A stretch of DNA of 64,000 nucleotides from the NCBI RefSeq assembly GCF_009914755.1, contig NC_060947.1. The stretch is one strand, 5' to 3'. The position numbers and the translations under genes are program-made. This DNA is from the human T2T-CHM13v2.0 reference genome, Homo sapiens. The notes under the pieces are model-generated. The model saw nothing but the letters and a program-made list of their open reading frames with translations, had not been told where the DNA came from and ran no database searches. Each line of letters opens with the position of its first letter. Positions within the stretch are counted from its first letter, which is position 1. This document shows, piece by piece, positions 51,305 through 64,000 of the stretch.

Positions 51305-52070
51305 TATTCATTCCTCATTAAATAAATTTCTTTTGAGTCATTACTGTGTGCTGCATATTCTGGATACTTGAGGATACAATAAATAACCAGACCAAACAAC
51401 AAGTGATACTGTTATGAATTAAAAAGCCTTGGCTACTAGAGTAAGGATGCATGGGGTAAAGTGATGGAGTGAGGGCATTACCTTTAACAGGGTGCTCAGA
51501 AGAAGGCTTTTCAGAGGAGGTGCCATTTAAAAAGAGAGCTTGGAGAAAATTGTCCCATGCTAAGTGTATAGCAAATGCAAAGGCTCTGAGGTATGAATGA
51601 GCTTGGCAAGTTGGAGAAAGAGAAAGGAGGCCAGTATTGGCAAGAAAAGAGTAATTAAGTTGGAGAGTGGCATGAAATGAAATAAAAGAAGAAGGCGGGG
51701 ACAGATATTGTACAGCCTGGCAGGCCATGGGAAAGAGTTAGATTTCATTCTGAGAGCAGTGGGAAGTTGTTGGAGAATTTAAGTCAGACAGTGGCAAGAT
51801 TCGATTTATGTTTTATTAATAAAAATGTAGTCCTCTTCCATATGGAGAATGGATTGGGGGGTGTGGGATTGAAGGGGGTGATAGCGGAGGATGAGAGAAG
51901 AGTTGGATGTTTATTATGGCAGTTTTCTAGGTGAGAGTTGTTTCTGACTTGGGCCAGGGTCATAGAAATATAGATGGAGAGAAAGGGAATACATTTTGGA
52001 GGTAGGTAGATGAAATTTGCTCTTGGGGTTGAGTGAACAAAACGAACGAAGAAATGACTTGAGAGTGATT
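51305..52070 (-). mobile_element. L2 LINE fragment (donor of the 50286-50491 copy)
   Basis: ttcattcctcattaaataaatttcttttgagtc...cagaagaaggcttttcagaggaggtgccattt...gcagtgggaagttgttggagaatttaag. Confidence 0.85.
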
Positions 52071-52109
52071 GTTGGGGCCATATAACGAGAAGAGGCTGAA
52101 GAACAGGCA

Positions 52110-52325
52110 ATGTAGAGTAACAGTTAGGAGCTCCAATTTTGCCATGGAGCAGCCTTGGTTTTGATCCTTGGACATATTCTCTAAGCTTCATTTTCCTAAT
52201 CTGTAAAAGGTGAATAATAGTAGCCACTTCAAAAGTTTTTTTTTTTTTTTAAATGGAATCTGTAAGGACTAATGCAGGTAAAATACTTAGCACAGTGCAT
52301 CATAAATAATAAATGCTTAGTAGAT
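52110..52325 (+). mobile_element. MIR SINE
   Basis: tctctaagcttcattttcctaatctgtaaaaggtgaataatag...gtaaaatacttagcacagtgc. Confidence 0.8.
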
Positions 52326-52744
52326 AATTACAAAGGAGTCTTAGGAGAGAAACAACTTTGGAAATTCATGTAAGTTATTTTTTTTAATTACATAACTGAT
52401 GGGACTTTCCCCTCTTCCAATCTGAAGTTTCTGATTTGACACATTAAAAAGTCAAGAATGTGTCTAGTGAGTCAAGGGTAATGTCAGCAGCACAGCTGGC
52501 TGTCTTGAAAGATTTACCTCCACAAACCATAAGAAATAACAATATAGGAAAAGTAAATTCTACACTAAACCAAATTCTTTTAGGATAATTTGAAGACAGA
52601 CAGTGCCAAATGTGAAATCACTATGTGTAAAGAGGAAAAAAAAATGTCACCAAATCTCAGTGTGTGATTTCATGATTCTTCCCTGACTCTGCTCTGATAA
52701 AAGACTTTGCAGTCAGTAAGGGGCGACTGAGAAAAACTTCAAAA

Positions 52745-53620
52745 AGGGTTGGTATGTGCAGAATTCCCTAAGTTCTTCTATGTTGAAAACTTTTATTTTC
52801 TCCTATATTGGTATCTGAATAACAGACTGGCTAGATATAAAATCTAGCCACTTTCTTTCATTAGGTGGTTTTTTTTTTTCCCCCATCATTGCCTTGGTTT
52901 TGAAAACTCTGATGCCAGTCTAATTCTTTTGTGTTCTGTAGCTTATTTTTATTTTAGGGGGAGACTTTGAGATGTTTATCATCATCTTTGAAATTACTAG
53001 TTTTGCCACCAAATGCATTGAGCTGATCATTCAGGATACTTTCTCCAGATGCAGTGAGCCGTTTCAGTGGGTTGATTCAGATCTTTTTCTATTTCAGGAA
53101 CATTTTCTTTTATTATAATTTTAATTATTAGCTCAGTTCCAGCATTTTTGTTTTTTTTTTCCAGGGACCCCAATAATATAAATGTAAAATAATTGTTTTT
53201 TGCCTTTCTTCCATTTACAATACATTATTTCTGCTTCTTTTTGATTTTCTTATTTATGTAATTATCTTGGTTATTTTTCTATATTTCTTCAATGTCTCTT
53301 ATTAAATTTCATTTGAATCTATTCTCCCTCGTGCACTTTGTAATTTATTCTTTATTTTTTAGATAACTTTGTCTATTTCATTTATTTATTGAGTTTCATT
53401 ACTTACTTTTCATTTATTCCTGGGTTTTTTGGTACATCTCTAATTTTAGGTTTAGATTTCTGAGTCAAGGCAGATTTTCATATCTTCAAATGCTTTTTTA
53501 AGAATATTCTTTTTGAGTATTTTAAATCTTTTTATGTGTTGGATTATAGTTTTCTTGTACTTTGCAATTGTTTCTTGGAAGATGGGTTTACTCAACTGAA
53601 ATGTATAAAATTTCACTTCC
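52745..53620 (-). mobile_element. old L1M ORF1-region fragment
   Basis: T-rich; ggctagatataaaatct and gaaaactctgatgccagtctaattc resemble reverse L1 ORF1 C-terminal DNA. Confidence 0.55.
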
Positions 53621-54610
53621 TGTGCCATGACACATTCACAAAAATTGATTATATATTAGGTTTCATTGAAAACATGAATCATTTTTGTAAAGTACAAATA
53701 GTATAATACAAATAACACTCTCCAATTGCAATGCAATAAATTGAGAAACTGCTAACAAAATAAAAACTAGATGGTCACTTTCATCTAGAAATTTTAGTTT
53801 ATTTTTTATTTTTATTTTTTAAGAGACAGGGTCTTGCTCTCTCACCCAGGCTAAAGTGCAGTGGCACGCTCATAGCTCACTGCAGCCTTGAATTCCTGGG
53901 CTTCAGCAGTCCTCCTACCTTGGCCTCTCAAAGTGCTGGAAGTAAAGGCATGTGCCACTGCAAAAACTCCTGAATGAGAGAGGACATGCAAATTGAAATT
54001 ACAGATTTAAAAAAAAGGAAAATAAAACACTACATATAAAAATCTATGAGATGCATTTAAAGCAAAGATTAGAGAGAGATTCATTTCATTGAACACTTTT
54101 ACCAATAAAAATGAGAGTGGAAATCAATGGGAAAATGCCCAGTTCAAAATATTAGAAAAAGAATAACAAAGTACACCAAAAGAAAGCAAAAAGAAGGAAT
54201 TTATAAAGACAAAATAGAAAATAATGAGGTAGAGAGCAGAACAATAGAGCAAATCTAATCAATAAATCAAAGTTCTGTGATTTTTAAATTATGCAAATAA
54301 ACTATTAGCTAATTTAATGAAGAAAAAGAAGTAGAAAGAAAAACTATACAAAATAAGATATGACAAGAGGGAACTATCCTTTAGAGAAAAATAAGTTTTC
54401 AAAAATCACAAGTATTTACTTTTCAGATATCCACATGAAGTTGAAAACCTAGATAAAATCAATAATTTCCTAGAGAAATACACATTACCAAGACTGAGCT
54501 TACTTGATTTTAAAAGCTTAAACAGATCAATATCCATGAAAGGAATAGAGAAAGTTATGAATGAACTACTTCACAAAAAACACCAGGCCCTGATGATTTC
54601 ACAGTTCCAA
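53621..54610 (+). mobile_element. old L1M ORF2 (EN end / Z region) fragment
   Basis: acattcacaaaaattgattatatattagg; aaaatctatgagatgcatttaaagca; gaaaacctagataaaatcaataatttcctaga; caccaggccctgatgatttcacag. Confidence 0.8.
53797..53962 (-). mobile_element. FLAM (free left Alu monomer)
   Basis: T-rich tail, agagacagggtcttgctct...catagctcactgcagccttgaattcctggg...ttggcctctcaaagtgctgg; single monomer. Confidence 0.8.
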
Positions 54611-54639
54611 AACTACTCTGTGAATATTACGGTTGAGCA

Positions 54640-55923
54640 AACTGTGAATATATGTTATTTGAATAACATATTAATATATGTGAATATACGATAATGAGCT
54701 TAGGTTTCTCACTGTTGGAAAAAGGAGTTACAAATAAGCAAAGGGGGAAGTCCAGATTGAAACTTGTGTTGGATTGTAATTGGAGGTATCAGTATGAACT
54801 CATGTTTGATAGGTGGTAGATAAATAGATATAAACATGTATACATTCCCATTATTTCCTAGCTTGGTTTGCTGAGAGAGCCTAGAAGTAATGACATCCTC
54901 ATAGCAATAAGCACACCTTGCACCCAGATCTTAATTTCTAAATACCATACTCTGATAAGTGAAATCAGGGCCTCTTGGTGAAGTAATTGAGTCCGGCACT
55001 GGGGCCAGAAAACTGTAAACTAAACCTATAATATCTTGTGATGCTAGAAATAAGGAAGTGTTGACAAACGATCAAGGTGTCAAAAGGACAAAGAACACAG
55101 GAGCCAGCACAAAAGAGCATCCAATGGTCAAATCATGGACAATTTAGATAACTAAATAAGCAGTGATAGTAACGGGTTATGATCCATAGAATGAAATAAA
55201 TATCCATGAGTTCATACTGCTATGAATTAATGAGTGAGTGAATGAATGAAATACCAAGTCACCATTAGTGAAAGACCACTCTGTAATTATCGCAGGCAAG
55301 TTCAAACAATGAATATCAAAATCTACGGATGAATATTTGAGGAGAAACAGGGTGTTAGCATAGTCTGAAAATATCTCCCCCAAATTTAGACCAGTTAAAA
55401 AGGGAAAAAGAGTAACTTTAACAACTAAGATTATTGACATCTTGAACTCCCTGATGTGATGCACTGAGAAAAGTATGATAACTACAATATTACTTCTGTG
55501 ATATTTGCCCAAAGGCATAACTCCACATATAATCATGATAAAACCTAAGATACACACAAATTGAGGAAACTTTTACAAAATAAATTACCAGGATTCATAA
55601 AAAGTCTCATGATCATGAAAGATGAAGAAAGATGAGGAATTAATTGTCACAGATTGTAGGAAACCAAGGAGACACAACTAAATGCAATGTAGAATCCAAG
55701 ATAGGATTCTGTACAGAAAGAAGGACATTAGAGGAAAATCTTTTGAAATCGAAAAGAGTATTGTAGTTTAGTTCATTGTGTTTTATTAATGTTGATTTCC
55801 TTTTTTTGATAATTCTATTAAGGTAATATAAGTTGCTAACACTAAGGAAAGGTAGTCAGAGAAGACACCTAAATTCTCTGTATTAAAGTCTAAAATTCTT
55901 TCAAAATAATTAAAAAAAAAAAA
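54640..55923 (+). mobile_element. L1MC/L1MD-type 3' UTR with A tail
   Basis: taggtttctcactgttgga; cttgcacccagatcttaatttctaaatacc; gagacacaactaaatgcaatgt; aagtctaaaattctttcaaaataattaaaaaaaaaaaa. Confidence 0.75.
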
Positions 55924-56677
55924 GTCAAGTCAGCCTTGTGGATAGATTTGTAAAATTTTCTAAACCCAACCTGCTTTTTAGTAGCCTGCATATTTTCTAT
56001 GGTGTTTCCAAGCCTTGTAGATGCTATAGCATGTGAATGCTATATGCCAGATTTTTCAGTTTCTATACCATACAGGAATTACCAATTTTCAAACGATCAC
56101 TTAGAACTAAAACTAGATTGTATGTAATTGAATCTTTGACGATTCAGTAGGCACTTCAGGACTTTGCAATACCTCTGGATCATGATTATAAACGTCAAAT
56201 TATGGTTGTACAGCATAGGAGACTCACACAGAAGTGCCAATTAACAGAGATTCCTGGTTGAGACAATGACACATAAATGAGTGTTTTCCTAATTCAGGCC
56301 TGAATTAGTCAAAGTGAAATAAGGAACTTGCTCTCTTTTTTTAAAGCATTTACTCTAAACTCACTTGAGCTTGTTTCTGGGCATTACACAGCTCTCTTGC
56401 TCTAAGGCAATTATAAGAAATTGGCTTCGTGTGCCATGCAACATGTTTAGGGTCATAGACGACAAGATGTAAAGCAAGAAAATTGAGACCTTACTATAGG
56501 CTGAGTACTTCAAGATGAGGAAACAGAATCTCATAAAGGTAAAGTAACTGGCTCCCATGCTCACTAAGCTAGTAAAAGCTCTTGCCCAAATCTTCCAGAT
56601 TCCGAAACTCAGGTTCCTTGAATTATCCAAGACTGTCTTTAGAATAGAGATATAAAATTATTTGAGAATTTGGCCTG

Positions 56678-57040
56678 TGATGTTGTTTTGCTGTGTCCCC
56701 ACCCAAATCTCATCTTGAATAGTAGATCCCATAATCCCCATGTGTCATGGGAGGGACCCGGTTGGAGGTAATTTAATCATAGGGGTGAGTTTTCCAGTGC
56801 TGTTTTCGTGATAGTGAATAAGTCTTACAAGATCTCATGGTTTTATAAAGGGCAGTTCCCCTGCACACACACTCTTGCCTGCCACCATGTAAGATGTGCC
56901 TTTGCTCCTCCTTCCCCTTTCACCATGATTATGAGGCCTCCCCAGCCATGTGGAACTGTGAGTCCATTAAACCTCTTTTTCTTTAGAAATTACCCAGTAT
57001 CGAGTATTTCTTCATAGCAGTATGAAAATGGACTAATACA
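56678..57040 (+). mobile_element. THE1 (THE1B-like) solo LTR, full length
   Basis: tgatgttgttttgctgtgtccccacccaaatctcatcttgaat...gaggcctccccagccatgtggaactgtgagtccattaaacctc...ggactaataca. Confidence 0.92.
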
Positions 57041-57918
57041 GTCTATCTACATTAGAGGGCAACATCAAAGGGGCACACAACCACTCTATATAAATCCTGC
57101 AGGAATACCATTTCTCTCATCATTTGAAGATTTGTATCAATTAGTTTATGACAAGGAAACTTGATTTTATATTTAATTATAAGGAAAAAAATCTCTTTTA
57201 AAAATGGTTCTACAAATCTATCTGGTTTCTTTTTTTTAGAGAAGCTATATACTGGTAATGTGCCTGGCAGGCCATTGCTATCTCATCAGACCAAGAAGAG
57301 GGTTTGGACTCCCAATGTTGCCTATTTGCCATGTGCAGCTTTTCAACAGAATAATACAATGAGTATTCTGAGAAGTTGATGATACCTTGCCATATTCAGA
57401 ACTGCTGCTAAAAGGGAATATTTAATATACCATGCAAAGAGGCAATTGTGTTTTGGAAACTAGAAGTCAGTGTAGAGCTATAATCTAGTTTTGTTGCACT
57501 TACCGAGGTCCAGGATAGAATATGACCCTTGAGAGTAGGGTGTTCTGTAAAAAGGGACAAAAAAGCCATGGTCTGGTATTGGATTATATAGTTTTGGGAG
57601 ATGTATTCCAGGACTTACAGCACTGGTTTTGACATACCCCATTGTGTCAACAATTTTTTTTCCAAATGGCTTTATGAAGCTATCATAAGGTCCTCAAAGC
57701 AAAATTAATTTGAATTAGCATACACACAGTCACGTAACTATACAGTACTTCCATAAAGAAATGGGAAAGATGTCATGAAATCTAAGAAGCACAGATGTGG
57801 AATTGCATCTTCAGAATCCATGGAAAACTCTGGCTACCTGGTGACTTTTGTGTAGTTGCTTGGCTCTGGAGGAAGCTAAGGCTTGTATTCTTTATTGGTA
57901 GGGGAGTCAGTGGAATAC

Positions 57919-58147
57919 TTTATTTTAATTAATTAATTAATTTTTAGGGACAGGGTCTCACTCTGTCACCCTAGCTGGAGTGCAGTGGCGTGATTGTAGG
58001 TCACTGTAACCTCAGACTTAGCCATCCTCCCACTCCAGCCTCCCAAGTAGTTAGAACTACAGGCATGCACTACTCATGCCCGCATGCCAGCTAGTTAAAA
58101 AAAAAAAAATTGATAGAGACGGGGTCTCACCATGTTACCTGGGCTAG
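57919..58147 (-). mobile_element. AluJ, 5'-truncated
   Basis: gacagggtctcactctgtcacc...tagagacggggtctcaccatgtt; TSD-like gtggaatacttt (57910) and gtgaaatatttt (58148) followed by aa. Confidence 0.9.
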
Positions 58148-59414
58148 GTGAAATATTTTAAACACTTCCTCAGACATCTCCAAAGTCTACATTTTACATT
58201 CTTGTCCTGAAATCCAATCTTAGTTTCTAATGGCGTATATGTGTAAAGATGCTTTTAACAACACGAATGTTTAGTGTGGCATAGAAAGTCCTTGAGCCAA
58301 ATCCTGCCTTCAATGTGCACTTAAGTTTCCATTAAAGGAGAGTGGCAACTGAGCTTATAGAGCTGAGGGTAACATTTGAATTCTTTTATAAGAAATCAGA
58401 GTACTAGGAACTAGGATATTGAATTTCACTTTTACCCATGCTGACATTGACTTTCCTCTGGAGCATCACCAACTAGTGAGATCTAGTTCAGTTGCATGAT
58501 TTTTTGTTTTTCTTCAGTGACCAAAATCCAGAGATACAAATCCAGGGCTTAGGGGGCTCGCATATAGATTTGCCATATTGCTGAGGGTCTGTGAGAGCTT
58601 AATCACTTTCATATTTTATTTATAAAGCAAATGTTCCATGACATTGAAACATTAAATGTATTATACTCAGTCATGTGCAATGTATAATTTTCTAAAATCT
58701 CTGATTAATTTAATATGGGTGATTTTCATTCTTTGATATGTGGCCTTGGTGTAATTTATAACAAGCTATAAATATTTGAAATGCCATGGAAATGTGGTTT
58801 GAGGAATAGTATTAACACCTGCCTTCTGTTCTAGTTGGGTTATATTAAGTTCTGAATGTACATGGGTATGTTTCTGGGATATTATTTGAGCTGTGGTCTG
58901 TCTGTGTGTGTAGTGACTGGCTGAATTAAAAGGGGTTCTCACTATTTTCTTAGCTTTTGATCTGAAACCAAGTCTAATTTTGGGAGTTTTATAGCAGCAT
59001 TCCTTTTCTGTACTTTGTAATTCCTTGTAGAAGCAGAAATGCCAAAGTACTTTGCATGCTAACTCCTCTCCTTCTTACTCCACACACCCTTCCCAACTCA
59101 GTATGTGCGTTATAACCAGGAAATAAATAACACAATCCCTGTTAAAGCCTGTACCCTGAGACACACACATTGGATATGGTCCTGGTGACATTCATCCTGT
59201 CATGGTATGGCTCAGCCAACCTGCCCAGGGAACTACAAGGATTGTCTTGAAATCTGATCCCTTCCTGCTTCCTTGGCAAGGCAGTTGAAAGGGGCAGCCT
59301 CTGAGCAAAGTGGCCTAAGCTTTGCCCCTCCCACATCCATCTTGTTCTTAGGAAGGGAAAGAGTGAGTGCAAAGCAGAGCCTGTGAAAGCTTTTGGCTTT
59401 CCCTGAGCACTTCC

Positions 59415-59610
59415 TGGTCTCCACTACTGAGTAATCTGAACCTCATGAACCTCACTTCCCTTATCTGTCAATGATGGGTGATAATAGTGCTTATCTCATA
59501 GGATCGTTTTAAGAATTAGGAATTGCCCATGTGAAGAGAGAGAGGGGGGTGGAAGAGTGAGAGCACTCATGCACACTTGGTACACAGTATGGGTGCATTG
59601 TTATTATCGC
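59415..59610 (+). mobile_element. MIR SINE
   Basis: tgaacctcacttcccttatctgtcaatgatgggtgataatagtgcttatctcataggat. Confidence 0.7.
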
Positions 59611-60802
59611 TGTAGTTCTTTCCCCTACTATTAATAATTCTAACTGTAAATGACTTGGTATTGAGTCACAGGTGGTGAAACTACCTGTTTGTTGCTCACT
59701 TGGCAGTTAACGGCCAATCCAGTAACAGAATGTGGGATTCCTGACTCCTACTTTGGGGTTTATTCTACCCGATCATGATGCTCTTTGCCCTCTTAGTATT
59801 CCATATTTAATGATATCTATGTTTTTGTGCATTTCCTTTCAAAACGATAAAAACCAAAGTGAAGCAAAACAGAAAACAAATATTCTTGCAAATAACATTT
59901 AGTGAGGGCAGAGGAAATTGTACTTCCCTTTTCTGTTTCTCCCCCTTTCATTCTGAGTGAGCCATAGTATTACACGTAAAAGTTGTGTAGCTGCATCTTT
60001 TTTCTTCTACAAGATGAGTGATTTATTATTTATGGAATTGGCTTGGGATTTATTTATGCAAGTGAACTTCTGCCATTCCAACTGCATTTCCAGTGGGTAA
60101 TGTGCCTGGAGAGTTGTGGGGGTTGGTGATCAGGCCGCTGCTACAATCTGGCATTTGGGAAATGGCATCAGGTTATCTCCACTTAGTGACATTGGGCTCA
60201 ACTGATCTTATCAGCCTTTCCAAAGACTGCTGTGTAATAGTTGAGGGTGAGAATAAAATATGTTTTAAAATATATTTTATTTCTCTATATAGGCATCACA
60301 ATCCCTTTAAAAGGTATTCAGGGAGCTTGTTAAATGGGAAATAAAGCTAAGGAGGAAACAACACTGAATGAATTATATTAGTTGACATTGAAAGCAGTAA
60401 CTTATTAAAATAATGCTTTATAATTATTTTACTTAGCCCAATGTTTTTCAAATATTGCTCTGTCTTCCCAGTATTCCTAGCAGAGACATGAAAAACAGGC
60501 CCATTTATCAACTATATGATGTGACGGTTAAATGGAAAGTTGGGCTAGATTTTCACTTGTGTGAATTTGCACCCTGGAAGTTGGACATTCATGATCAAGT
60601 GGTCTGGCAGGTAGGGGAAGCCCTGGGTGAATGGTTGTTGATTTAGGCAGTGAGATATTTGGAAGGTAAGCTTTCTTTGGAGAAGCTGGCTTTGCTGTCT
60701 TGTCTCCAATTTGTTGAAATTAAACACTACATTCAGATAGTATGGTCTAATGGTTACAGTAATGTTTGTGAAGATGAGAAATGTATTTGTATACACATAA
60801 GA

Positions 60803-60955
60803 TATATTAGTTTCCCATGGCTGCTGTAACAAATCATCACACACTTAGTGGCTTAACACAACACAAATTTATTTTCCCACAGTCCTGGAGTTCAGAAATC
60901 TAAAATGGGTTAGCAGGGTTACATTCCTTCTGGAGGCTCTAGGGGAAAATCCATG
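60803..60955 (-). mobile_element. MLT1B/C MaLR LTR fragment
   Basis: tatattagtttcccatggctgctgtaacaaatcatcacacacttagtggcttaacacaacacaaattt...ggaggctctaggggaaaatcc. Confidence 0.8.
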
Positions 60956-61049
60956 ACAGCAACCCCTACCCAGTACGTTCCCAAACTCATCTTCCTTTGC
61001 TTCCTTAAAATTGCTCTTTCTTCAGACAGACTGGGACAATCACTGTGCC

Positions 61050-61385
61050 CTGAGTGGGCTGGTTGGACTCCTATCTCTGAGCCTTACATAGTCTCCATTC
61101 TCCATCTTGGGAGGCTCCAGTTTCAACTCCTCCATGAAGCCTTGCTTGCCCACTCCAGCCTTCAAGAATTTCTCCTTTCCCTGAACCCACCCGTAGTGGG
61201 CCCAGCCACTCATTTGGCAGTTGTTAGGGAGTGTCTAAATCAGTTAATTGTCTTTATATGTCAATGGGTCTTATTTTTCCAAATAATTATAATCTTGAGA
61301 TCTGGGGCCATTCCTTGCACATTTGCATGCTTTCCACTCAGCATTTAGTACCTAGTAAGCCTTAAATACATATTTCTTGATAACA
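61050..61385 (+). mobile_element. L2 fragment
   Basis: tcctccatgaagccttgc...cttgagatctggggcc...agtacctagtaagccttaaatacatatttcttga. Confidence 0.5.
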
Positions 61386-62944
61386 GCATGTGTGAATAGG
61401 GATTAACTTTGCAGGGCTTTTGTTCTGGGATTTATTTTCCTGTGCTATTAATCAGGCACTTCATGCCATTTAAATTTATTGACCTTTAATTTCTTAGGAA
61501 ACCCCCTCAGTCTACCATAGAGAATTATGTACTGACTCATTTTCATGACTGTGAAACTATATGAAAGTTCATGTAAGTTTTGTGGTAAGCTATACACCAT
61601 TTATAGTTCTGACAATAGCGACTTTTCCTAAGCCTCCGTCCATGTATCAGACTAGGCCTATTTAAAGAGAGTTCTTATCTATGGAGATTTTTCCTCCCTG
61701 CTTAAGATGTCTGAAACCTCTATTAACAAAGCCCTCTCTTCTTGTGCATTATACTTGTAAGGCATAATCTTTGTAATTTCCTCCAAGGATTTCCTCAATA
61801 TGAAAGAGTAAACTGTTTTACCAAAGCTATTGAATATACATTGCTTTTCTAATAGGGTATTTTCCACCTGATACTGCTGTTGCTGCTGCCAAACTAAGAA
61901 ATATATGCAACCACGTTAGCAAATGAACATGCTTCTAAAAACAGACACTGCATATGTGGGAAAAACATTTCTAGAGACTTACAAGGTTAAAAGGAGACAT
62001 GATCACCAGACCAATCCTAGGTTTGTGGCTTATGTAAGACCTGGTTGGTAAGCTGGTTATTGTCCTTGTGGCAGCCCAGTAACTGGAAGAAACAACATGC
62101 TAGCTAAGGCCAGACATTTTGTACAAGAGAATTTTCTGATTAGTACGAAAAGATAACCAATGTGCAAATATTTGTGATCCAATTGGTGAAATTTCCCAAG
62201 TGCTTTTGAGACCTTGGAGAATGTGGCCTTCATGAAGTCATTCTTTGGTTCTCTCTTTCCCCCTTTTTGAAACTTGGCTCTTGAAAAGGAGGGGGAGGGA
62301 AAAAGGAGGTGGTCAATCTTTTAGAGAAGTTAGAAAATAATCACTGTAGTTGTGTCAAAGCTGCCCTTTGAGACTATAATAATGATCACATCATAGATTT
62401 TAAGGCAGTCTTTCACTCACAGTTTCTAAATTGGAGAGGCTTTTTCCAGGAGACTCAATAGTGACCATAAGGATTGTTGTTAGGCTTCATTATGGCCTGC
62501 TTCCATTTTACATCCCCTAATATATTAGGCCATAGAAATCAGAAGTGTGAATTCAGCCTTTCATTTATCATTGTACCTCCCCACTTATCGTTAAATCCTT
62601 AATTTTGAAGGCTCAAGTGGCCTATTGTGCTGGCAATTAGCCAATTGCAGGTGCAAAATCTTGATGGCATCCACAGGGAGGCCTTGGTGGGAATTGTCTG
62701 AAGAAATGGATCCGTCTTTATGCACTTGGATGCAGAATTTGTGAGGGGATGAGTGTAAAGAATATTAAATGCATAACAGATGACATCCCAGGAAAGAATT
62801 GCAAGTGAAAATGAATGTGAAATTGCTTGTCTACGGATTGATCTTCTTTGATTAGGCAAAAAAAAGACCCTTCACTCTAAGCCCTTTACAATAGAAATAC
62901 CCAGGATACAGTGGGAATGGAGACATTTAGATGTATACTCCATT

Positions 62945-63390
62945 GCCATCTGCCTAAAGAGTTCAATAATGGGGTGGCCTTCAATGCCTTTCTGTCTCCA
63001 TTCAATACCAAGGCAAAATGTTCGGGCTTGGAATGTGAGCCCCAGCACAATTTAACCCCCAGCTTTATCTCCCATCACATGCCCTCATGAGCCCTGTGCT
63101 ATAGTCTCCTGTTGTCATCTGAGCCATATCTCTCTCTCTCTCTTTGAAATTCCTTTCCCTGCTTTATATACTCTAACTGATCTGTAAAGATGCACATCAG
63201 GTCCTCATCACTTCTGAGAAACATTTCCAGGTCATTCTAGCCGAAGATAAAATCTTTATCCACCACATTCCTGCTGCACTCTGTATCTCTGTTTTTGTAC
63301 TTAGCCGTGAATTAGAGTGATTTATGTCTCATTGATGTGTGTACTCCTGTAAAACCTAGCTTGGTGCTTTGGCACCGGTTCATTAAATTA
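62945..63390 (+). mobile_element. L2 fragment
   Basis: cttcaatgccttt...ccccagctttatctccc...catcacttctgagaaacatttcc. Confidence 0.45.
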
Positions 63391-64000
63391 ATAACAACTG
63401 TATATCCAGTTTAGGAAAAACTTGACATAAGAAAATCCGAGCACATTCTTCTAAATAAGATATGTAAGAATTGGCAACTCATTAACAACTTAATGGAGAG
63501 GCTAGGGGGACCATCAGAGATGGAGAGCTCAATTGTTAGGATAAACTATCAGTTGATGCAATTAGAAATGGAGACAAACCATTTTTAAAACTATAATCAA
63601 AGAGAAAGTGGGAAGTGACTGATGATAGCTTAATTTACACACAATTTTGTGTATCTACAAGCTTTGCTTTATTTTTATTTTTTAGCTACACCTTTCTGAA
63701 ATTTCTTGCATTGTTGTAGGTGGAAAGCTGAATTGGCCCTTTGAATGAGAGCAATGTCTGCTAATGCCATTTATGAATCTAATGCTAGAGGCCAGATTGA
63801 AGAAATGAGACACAGTATTCTATTTTCAACCACCTGGAGGTGTGATCCCTGCTTGGCAAGGTGAACATAGATGAGATGCACTTTTACCTCATCCTAGCCA
63901 GCAGGATTTGGAAAGACCAACCATCAGAGTCAGCAGATTCAAAACTACTATAGCAGGCCGCCTCCTCCATGTCTTTTCCTCCCTCCTTCCCTCCCTCTTT

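Noticed and set aside
56678-57040. THE1 LTR as an active promoter
   Set aside because: Some THE1B copies are co-opted, but nothing in this sequence distinguishes it from an ordinary solo LTR.

Overview
This looks like primate, probably human, non-coding genomic DNA. It is AT-rich, CpG-depleted and carries AluY, AluS, AluJ, FLAM, THE1 and L1PA elements. I found no convincing protein-coding gene, tRNA, rRNA or CRISPR array. The longest ORFs (up to 550 aa) are artefacts of a stop-free purine/pyrimidine repeat, and several others are decayed L1 or Alu sequence. Much of the window is interspersed repeat: MIR, L2, old L1M, HAL1, MaLR and MER21 LTRs, MARNA, MER33 and MER96B. Family names come from my recall of consensus sequences and boundaries are approximate, so both need RepeatMasker/Dfam confirmation. 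The most notable items are: (1) a ~1.5 kb nearly unbroken RY array with a CpG-free 5' block and a CpG-dense 3' block holding ~30 TACGTG (HIF-core) motifs; (2) three short, non-tandem direct local duplications (37, ~185 and ~206 bp) that look like templated insertions; (3) a repeat-free, homeobox-motif-rich, CpG-retaining element at ~46.6-47.5 kb with internal hairpins; (4) a twin-primed L1PA inserted in a MER96B; (5) several plus-strand exon-like segments. I cannot support a new biological system from this sequence, and these are candidates only.
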